Source of the DNA: a virus
Lineage: Duplodnaviria; Caudoviricetes
Virus record (IMG/VR): IMGVR_UViG_3300025646_000058
Coordinates: 1-52,478 of that record
Direction: 5' to 3' (one strand)
Length of the DNA stretch: 52,478 nt
Positions 46,910 to 52,478 of the stretch are shown here, piece after piece (the stretch's first letter is position 1; each line of letters opens with the position of its first letter). The translations under genes were made by a program, and so were the position numbers. A model generated the notes under the pieces. That model did no database searches. It saw nothing but the letters and a program-made list of their open reading frames with translations, and was not told the DNA's origin.

Positions 46910-47726
46910 ATATAAATCAAAGGAAGAGGAGTTTTTTGCGTTGTGGTTAGATGAATTGTGCAAGCATGGGTTTATTGTTGAATATGTTTATGAGCCTAAA
47001 CCAATATTGTTATCGGATAAAGTAGAAAGAATCGTTAATGTAAAAGGTAAGTTAGCTACACAATTTGTGTTGCACCCTCACGAATATACATACGATTTTG
47101 AAATACTTTGGGATACTAAAGCAATAGGTATATTCGCTACACAATTTGAAGCAAAACAAAAATCCCAAACACCATTATATTGTGATAAAGAATATGTAAG
47201 CTACATAGAGATTAAACCTGAATTTGATTTTAAAAATATGACTAGAGAAGTTATGATTAATCTAAAATGGGTTTACGAGAAACATAAAATCTTTGTGAAT
47301 TTAGTTAAGATACCTAGTTTTTTTAAAAAATCTTTTACTCCATATAAATTTTTACAGAATAAAAACGGAACAATGAAGAAGATTAAGTACACGCCTATTT
47401 TGAAGTTTGCACAATTCTTATCGAATGCACTAGCAAAAACCAATAGAGAAATAGAAGTATCCGTAGAAGGATGTATTGCTAACGTAAAACTAATTGATAA
47501 ACATTCGCATTTAGTTTTTCCTGGTGAAATTGAATTAGAAGTTGAATTTACTTATGAAATTGATGAGTATGAAACAGGTGATGGAGTTACTACACCTAGA
47601 GAGAAATGGATGGATGTTACAGTTAAAATTGAGGAGGTTACACACTTAGGAATGGAAATAACCTTAGAAAGCAAAACCTTACACTCAATAGAGGAATTAA
47701 TAATTGAAGAGATAAAAAATAAATAG
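46899..47726 (+). CDS. PD-(D/E)XK endonuclease (endonuclease I/DUF1064-like N-terminus)
   Basis: YKSKEE, YEPK, YTYDF, YIEIK. Confidence 0.7.
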   Translation: MEYKYKSKEEEFFALWLDELCKHGFIVEYVYEPKPILLSDKVERIVNVKGKLATQFVLHPHEYTYDFEILWDTKAIGIFATQFEAKQKSQTPLYCDKEYVSYIEIKPEFDFKNMTREVMINLKWVYEKHKIFVNLVKIPSFFKKSFTPYKFLQNKNGTMKKIKYTPILKFAQFLSNALAKTNREIEVSVEGCIANVKLIDKHSHLVFPGEIELEVEFTYEIDEYETGDGVTTPREKWMDVTVKIEEVTHLGMEITLESKTLHSIEELIIEEIKNK

Positions 47727-47728
47727 TC

Positions 47729-47974
47729 ATGATAATAGAAAGAAAAGACATCGAAACAGTTAGCGTTACTCTTCCAGAGTATTTATTAATTAAACAAGAA
47801 AAGATACGTAGTTTACCTTGTGATATACGCAAGAAATATATCCAAATTGTGTGTGCAGGTAAACATAACCTATCCGAAGCTATGATTTGTAAGCGTTTAG
47901 TTTCAAGCGAGAAGGTTACACACTTTAAAAAAGCTATAACCTTAAACTACATTATCAAATGGGAAAAGAATTAG
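47729..47974 (+). CDS. Hypothetical protein
   Basis: Operonic ORF. Confidence 0.55.
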   Translation: MIIERKDIETVSVTLPEYLLIKQEKIRSLPCDIRKKYIQIVCAGKHNLSEAMICKRLVSSEKVTHFKKAITLNYIIKWEKN

Positions 47975-48237
47975 ATATGTTTATTGAGATATGGAAAGAA
48001 AGACCTCACTATTCAGAAGTATCAGGTGAGCCACTAGGTAGCTTTAATGTTGCTTATTTTTCACATTTACTATCTAAAGGTGCTTTTCCTGAACATAGAT
48101 TAAATAAAGATAATATAATGCTTAAAACAATTGAAGAGCATATGCTTTGGGAAACAAGTGATAGAGAAAAGTTAAGGAAGATACCTAAATGGGAAAAGGT
48201 ATTTGAGCGTTATGATAAACTAAAATTTAACGGATAA
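47959..48237 (+). CDS. Degenerate HNH/NinG-like nuclease
   Basis: SEVSGEPL..FSHLLSK..RLNKDNI....EEH. Confidence 0.65.
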   Translation: MGKELDMFIEIWKERPHYSEVSGEPLGSFNVAYFSHLLSKGAFPEHRLNKDNIMLKTIEEHMLWETSDREKLRKIPKWEKVFERYDKLKFNG

Positions 48238-48735
48238 ACCTACTGTTGGGGTTCTATTATAAATATTAAATCCTACTTCCGCCTGGTATCTATCCCATAA
48301 ATAAGAAGCTTTTGGGGTGATGTTTTGGTATCCAAATTGTGTACCGATGTAAATTCCTCTTGGTTGTATTACATTAGTTATTTTAACCGTATCAACTCTG
48401 TGGTATGAAGGAATATTCGCTGTGTATTTTATATCTGTATTTAGTAATGTACCATTCACAATTTGTTTAATTTCCATATCAATTAACGTATCCTTATATT
48501 CAGTTAAATATTCGTTAGCTTGCACAATTAGGATACTGTCGATTATCGTATCCCTAACCACTCTAACAATTGTTGCAGGAATACTAGGTGCATAAACTGT
48601 TTTAGTTACATATACAGTATCAGTTTTACCTTGTATGTATTCAGTCTTAGTTTCAGTTACTTTTACTCCACATTTTTTAAAAGTAATTAAAAATAAAACT
48701 ACCATTAAACCTATAATTATAATATTATTTCTCAT
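48220..48735 (-). CDS. Membrane-anchored protein, spanin-like position in the lysis cassette
   Basis: N-terminal TM ending KKC, DTV repeats, beta-rich C-terminus ending in F; start at 48735 overlaps the PAS stop. Confidence 0.55.
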   Translation of the reverse strand: MRNNIIIIGLMVVLFLITFKKCGVKVTETKTEYIQGKTDTVYVTKTVYAPSIPATIVRVVRDTIIDSILIVQANEYLTEYKDTLIDMEIKQIVNGTLLNTDIKYTANIPSYHRVDTVKITNVIQPRGIYIGTQFGYQNITPKASYLWDRYQAEVGFNIYNRTPTVGLSVKF

Positions 48736-49127
48736 ATATTTCTGCATGTGCAAACTAAGTAATTATTCGGCAACAAAGTTAAATAAACTTCTTCTTTTAC
48801 TTCATCACCATTTTTTGCGTAACCAATATATTTTCCGTTCCATTTGCCATTAGCAAATATAATAGGAAAAACTATCGTTTTAAAATATTCAACATCATTA
48901 GGCTTGTATAATATCTCCCATTTTTTACCTGTCAATTCTTCAACCGTATAACCAAACATTTCTGCATGAGCTTCATTGAGATAAATATACTCGCCATTTT
49001 CGTTAAGGATAGCAATACCCTCGTGGCTAGTATTAATTGCCAACCTTAGCAACTCATTTTGCTTAAATAATAAGCTTATTTTGTCGCTTAAAGACTTGAT
49101 TTCTTCAATATTACTCAAAGATTTCAT
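48732..49127 (-). CDS. Stand-alone PAS-domain protein
   Basis: EGIAILNENGEYIYLNEAHAEMFGYTVEELTGK..W.G..KNG..RNI PAS/PAC signature. Confidence 0.9.
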   Translation of the reverse strand: MKSLSNIEEIKSLSDKISLLFKQNELLRLAINTSHEGIAILNENGEYIYLNEAHAEMFGYTVEELTGKKWEILYKPNDVEYFKTIVFPIIFANGKWNGKYIGYAKNGDEVKEEVYLTLLPNNYLVCTCRNI

Positions 49128-49128
49128 A

Positions 49129-49455
49129 CTAAATTTGTTTTAAAATCCACGAAATTATAAAACCTACGACTAATTCAATAGCAATTAATAACCCTATTGC
49201 TTTAGACCATTTGTTTTTTTGATCGTAAACCTCATCTTTAACTTCTTTCATTTGTCTAGGTGACCATGTTTCGGTTACCTCTTTTTGCCAAACTTTTATA
49301 TCCTGAATTTCTTTTTCGGTAGTGTGAACCTTAGCAATGTCACGGCGTAAATTCTCAAATTTTAAATCAATATCCGCCTTTAGCTTGTCGATTGCATTTC
49401 TATTACGCTCTAACTCGTTTAATATTAATTTTGTGAAGTCGTCTATTTCTTTCAT
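49129..49455 (-). CDS. Coiled-coil protein with C-terminal TM (holin/antiholin-like)
   Basis: Heptad-rich body and one hydrophobic helix; lysis cassette. Confidence 0.55.
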   Translation of the reverse strand: MKEIDDFTKLILNELERNRNAIDKLKADIDLKFENLRRDIAKVHTTEKEIQDIKVWQKEVTETWSPRQMKEVKDEVYDQKNKWSKAIGLLIAIELVVGFIISWILKQI

Positions 49456-49518
49456 TATTATATATAGATATATATTAAAGTTTACAAAAATAAAAAATTA
49501 GTTAATATTTACACTACT

Positions 49519-49758
49519 TTAATCTTTATTTAATTTTATATTTTCTGCAATTGTGCCACCTGCTAATAAACTTGCACCAGTTACTATACTAAATTCAATT
49601 ATTGAAATAGTAGTACTGCTTTCAACACCATCAAATTGAACTTTAATTATATAGTATGAACTAATTAATAATGCCCATAATACTAATACTACTCCAACAA
49701 ATCTTTTACTAGATACGTTAGAGTTTTTATCAAAGATACCTTTTATCCAATTAATCAT
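49519..49758 (-). CDS. Holin-like protein (2 TM)
   Basis: SSKRF followed by two TM helices; adjacent to the endolysin. Confidence 0.65.
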   Translation of the reverse strand: MINWIKGIFDKNSNVSSKRFVGVVLVLWALLISSYYIIKVQFDGVESSTTISIIEFSIVTGASLLAGGTIAENIKLNKD

Positions 49759-49768
49759 AACTATTTAG

Positions 49769-50248
49769 TTAAAATATATAATTGCCAATTTCTTCCTTTA
49801 CGAATTTCTTTACATCAAAGTTAGGACAAGTTTTACCTTTGTCTAAATCTGTGTGCCCAAAAAACTGTTCTTGACTTAATATTTTTCTATCAATTAATTC
49901 TACTATCAAATACGCTAAAGTTTTTTTCTGTTCATCAGTTCTTTCATCTTTACCTTTAAATCCACCAATTAAACAAATGCCTAAGTTACCAGTATTAAAT
50001 CCTCTTACGTGCGCTCCTGTTTTATTTATATCTCTACCTATTTGTATGTTTCCATTAGGTAAAACAACTAAATGATAACCAATTTCTTTAAACCCTCTTT
50101 GTTTATGCCACAATTCAATTTGTTCTGCTTTATCTCCCCTATTAACAGGGCTATCACTTACATGAATTGTGCAACGTGTTAACTTTTGTGTTATAGTAGG
50201 AAAGTTTTTTAAAAACTCTTCTAATGTAAAAATATCAAACTTTTTCAT
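49769..50248 (-). CDS. Endolysin, N-acetylmuramoyl-L-alanine amidase (T7 lysozyme-like)
   Basis: IHVS, WHKQRGF.EIGYH, GAHVRGFN, GICLIGG, GH..KTCPNF; probable start MKKFD at 50248. Confidence 0.92.
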   Translation of the reverse strand: MKKFDIFTLEEFLKNFPTITQKLTRCTIHVSDSPVNRGDKAEQIELWHKQRGFKEIGYHLVVLPNGNIQIGRDINKTGAHVRGFNTGNLGICLIGGFKGKDERTDEQKKTLAYLIVELIDRKILSQEQFFGHTDLDKGKTCPNFDVKKFVKEEIGNYIF

Positions 50249-50249
50249 A

Positions 50250-50738
50250 CTAATAAACCAAATTAAATTCTGTAAATAATCTAGCACTAACTTCATTGTA
50301 TAAATCAATTATCCATTGAGGTTTTTCTTGCCTTTTTCCTTTTATATAATCTCTAAAATTAAAAAATGGTCTAGCCATTCTTACTACTTGAAATTGCGTT
50401 AATGCCCAGGCTTCACTATTACCGCTACACAATTCGATATATAAAAATATAACATCATTCTCATAACAACCAAACCCCATACGTGAAGGATAATCGTGAA
50501 AGAATACAGATAAGTTACCTGCATATCTATCTTTGATAAATGTCTTACCATCAAACCCTCTAGTTTCCCAATACCTACTTCTAAATATCATTTCAAGATT
50601 ATTCCTAAATGATATACCTAAGTTAAAATCCTCTGCTTGTTTTAAGTAGTTTTTCCAAACTGATTTTTCACTAAAGAATCTAAATTCATATCCAAATAGT
50701 TGATTCTTATAAGGTGATGTGTAAGGTTTATATTCCAT
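50250..50738 (-). CDS. DUF1353-like protein
   Basis: FDG.T..FFHDY..D.IF..VVR pattern. Confidence 0.5.
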   Translation of the reverse strand: MEYKPYTSPYKNQLFGYEFRFFSEKSVWKNYLKQAEDFNLGISFRNNLEMIFRSRYWETRGFDGKTFIKDRYAGNLSVFFHDYPSRMGFGCYENDVIFLYIELCSGNSEAWALTQFQVVRMARPFFNFRDYIKGKRQEKPQWIIDLYNEVSARLFTEFNLVY

Positions 50739-50740
50739 AG

Positions 50741-50878
50741 TTATTCAATTATATAAGGATAGTGAGGATGTTTTTTATAGTCTATTTTTTTATTAATTGT
50801 GCAACTATTAAATAGGTACATAAATATACCCATTAATACTATAAATGCAACTCTTTCAAAATTAGATTTGGGTTTCAT
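50741..50878 (-). CDS. 45-aa putative lipoprotein (MKPKSNFERVAFIVLMGIFMYLFNSCTINKK...)
   Basis: Fills the gap exactly with 2-nt spacers; lipobox-like FNSC; not in the ORF track. Confidence 0.6.
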   Translation of the reverse strand: MKPKSNFERVAFIVLMGIFMYLFNSCTINKKIDYKKHPHYPYIIE

Positions 50879-50880
50879 AT

Positions 50881-51516
50881 TTAACAAATTATTATTCTTC
50901 TTCTTGCTACTGCCAATTCTGTAATCTCAATACTCATTATAACACTTGTAGCAGTGGCGCCACCCTCTATCGTTTTACTACCTGATGTTAATGATGGACT
51001 TATACCACCCCATGTAAAGTTATTAATATTATGGTTCCAGTCAACAGGTCTACTTGTACCTTGTGGTATCTCAATATAAGCAGCAGTACTGTTACCTCCA
51101 ATACATGAACCTAATATCATACTATTTGCTAATATTGTAAGGCTTGTAGTTGATGGATTAGCTTGTGTACCATTATAAGCAGTTACCCCAACTCCATTTG
51201 ATCCAGTAAATGAGTAACAAACTGTTGAAGTACTATTCCAACTTCCACCACTTAAAGTAACAGCAACTGTATTAACACCTGTTGGTGGGTTCTTTAATTC
51301 CCAAACTGTCCAGTTAGTAGAATATGGTGTAGATTGATTTCTTTTATTAGTCATACTAACTCCACCATAAGTAACACTACTTGTTGATACTGCAGGTGCA
51401 GATACTATTATAACTAAACATCCATCAGAACCAGTATTTTGGTTATGGCTAAATGAATAACTACTACCTGCTGGTACTCTTACATCTGTCGTTCTATTTC
51501 CTTCTACTAATGCCAT
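50881..51516 (-). CDS. Tail-fibre-associated beta-rich protein
   Basis: Ser/Thr/Gly-rich; VTYGGVSMT and NPPTG motifs. Confidence 0.6.
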   Translation of the reverse strand: MALVEGNRTTDVRVPAGSSYSFSHNQNTGSDGCLVIIVSAPAVSTSSVTYGGVSMTNKRNQSTPYSTNWTVWELKNPPTGVNTVAVTLSGGSWNSTSTVCYSFTGSNGVGVTAYNGTQANPSTTSLTILANSMILGSCIGGNSTAAYIEIPQGTSRPVDWNHNINNFTWGGISPSLTSGSKTIEGGATATSVIMSIEITELAVARRRIIIC

Positions 51517-51800
51517 TATATGTATGGGTTTATATCAGTTATTTCATTTAATCCCATTCCCTCCACAGATGTGGTAATTTGATGTGCCTCATAAACTGCA
51601 GGAGTGGTATCAAAGAATACGGAAATGTTAATTGCCCCACTCTGTAAATCTGACCTATTGTTATCAATCCAATTTCCATACGTTGATTCATAGTTGCTAT
51701 TGATTAAAGCACAGTCCTCCATATTAATTAAATAACCCAATGGAGTAAAATTAACATTTCCATTAACTAACTTTATTTCATTTAAAATACAGTATTCCAT
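51516..51800 (-). CDS. Hypothetical protein (tail-fibre-associated)
   Basis: Coupled ORF in the operon. Confidence 0.6.
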   Translation of the reverse strand: MEYCILNEIKLVNGNVNFTPLGYLINMEDCALINSNYESTYGNWIDNNRSDLQSGAINISVFFDTTPAVYEAHQITTSVEGMGLNEITDINPYI

Positions 51801-52300
51801 TAGTCTATTGTATATCTTATATCTATTGTTATTCTAACATTTGTTCCAGATGCCGCAGTTGTTTCAAACCATACCCAACTATTTGCTGGTATTGTTGCAT
51901 CACTAAGTGTTGCTACGTTACCAGTAGTAGTACTTGTAGTTGCCGCAGAAGTAGTTAAAGCATTACCAGCAGCATTTCTATCTGTACTATGTTTTAATTG
52001 GTAAGTTGTACTTGGTGTAGTACCTACACTTACAGCAATCACCTCTTGAACTGTTATTGCAACATCAGTCCTAAATATTGTCATATCTTCTGTTGCAGTT
52101 GGTGCTTCAAGAGTAAATGTTTTGTTGAAAATAGCTGATGCACTATCAATTAAAGGTGTTAAATTACCTGAACTATCTTTAAGAGTTAATTTATTATCAG
52201 CGCTATTGATAAAGATAGAATAGTGTCCTGTATCAGGATTTTCAACATCTCCTGTTACAATTGACTTTATACTAAAATAAGGGTATTTTAAATTTATCAT
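51800..52300 (-). CDS. Virion structural protein
   Basis: Thr/Ala-rich jelly-roll-like C-terminal region. Confidence 0.6.
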   Translation of the reverse strand: MINLKYPYFSIKSIVTGDVENPDTGHYSIFINSADNKLTLKDSSGNLTPLIDSASAIFNKTFTLEAPTATEDMTIFRTDVAITVQEVIAVSVGTTPSTTYQLKHSTDRNAAGNALTTSAATTSTTTGNVATLSDATIPANSWVWFETTAASGTNVRITIDIRYTID

Positions 52301-52478
52301 TATTTCTCGTTTATTTGTGCGTTATATTGTTCCAGTAAGGCTCTATGTTCAGGTAATAAAGTATTCACATAAACATATACTAATCCATTTTCTCTAATAG
52401 TTTCAATGTTATTTTCCTTACGATAAACTGCTATTTCAGGATAATCACCTAACATATTTAAGCAATCATCATTTGATT
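52300..52478 (-). CDS. Partial CDS entering from the right edge
   Basis: Open frame (..GDYPEIAVYRKENN..EQYNAQINEK) with a stop overlapping the 52300 ATG. Confidence 0.65.
   Translation of the reverse strand, partial: SNDDCLNMLGDYPEIAVYRKENNIETIRENGLVYVYVNTLLPEHRALLEQYNAQINEK

Larger units (their letters stand above)
920..50803. repeat. Dispersed 9-12 bp motif AATTGTGYA(NSS), about 82 copies on both strands
   Basis: Manual count: 43 as AATTGTGYA and 39 as TRCACAATT on the + strand. Confidence 0.92.
1..52478. mobile_element. Bacteroidota-infecting tailed phage genome segment (crAss-like/flavophage podovirus-type virion module)
   Basis: TerL-portal-scaffold-MCP-tail ring genes, lysis and replication modules; no host genes; Bacteroidota-type promoters. 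Confidence 0.93.

Noticed and set aside
920-50803. Dispersed motif as a Chi/KOPS-like polar element
   Set aside because: Orientations are nearly balanced (43 vs 39) and interleaved with no single switch point, so a strictly polar role is unlikely, though not excluded
1-52478. Stop-codon reassignment as in some crAss-like phages
   Set aside because: Long genes are intact and densely packed under the standard code; TAG and TGA act as stops
1-52478. tRNA genes, hammerhead ribozymes, DGR or intron/intein elements
   Set aside because: No T-loop cloverleaf seen; CTGATGA hits lie inside ORFs without flanking stems; no reverse transcriptase or intein motifs

Overview
The whole window is an AT-rich tailed-phage genome segment with no host housekeeping genes. 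The host is almost certainly Bacteroidota: there are TTTG-N19-21-TAnnTTTG promoters and A-rich leaders with no Shine-Dalgarno. Left arm (1-25 kb, minus strand): crAss-like/flavophage podovirus virion module (tail ring and stabilisation proteins, major capsid, scaffold, portal, large terminase), a GroES-like gene and two DNA methyltransferases. Transcription diverges at ~25.1-25.5 kb, where a G-rich island sits. Right arm (25.6-48.2 kb, plus strand): an array of small early genes, then replication/recombination genes (BT4734/PriCT protein, third MTase, stand-alone DnaA domain IV protein, serine resolvase, primase-helicase, SSB-like, MazG, YqaJ exonuclease, Rad52/Sak-like annealase, nucleases). 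The right end (minus strand) holds a lysis cassette and tail-fibre-like genes. Most notable unexplained signals: (1) a non-palindromic motif AATTGTGYA(NSS) found about 82 times by eye on both strands versus about 2 expected, sharing the TNCACA core of DnaA boxes, in a phage that encodes a lone DnaA domain IV protein; (2) a complete pistol self-cleaving ribozyme at 27607-27680 bracketed by two copies of that motif; (3) an integron-cassette-like MTase module with an attC-like hairpin; (4) a stand-alone PAS domain inside the lysis cassette. All protein calls are from motif recognition by eye, not database searches.
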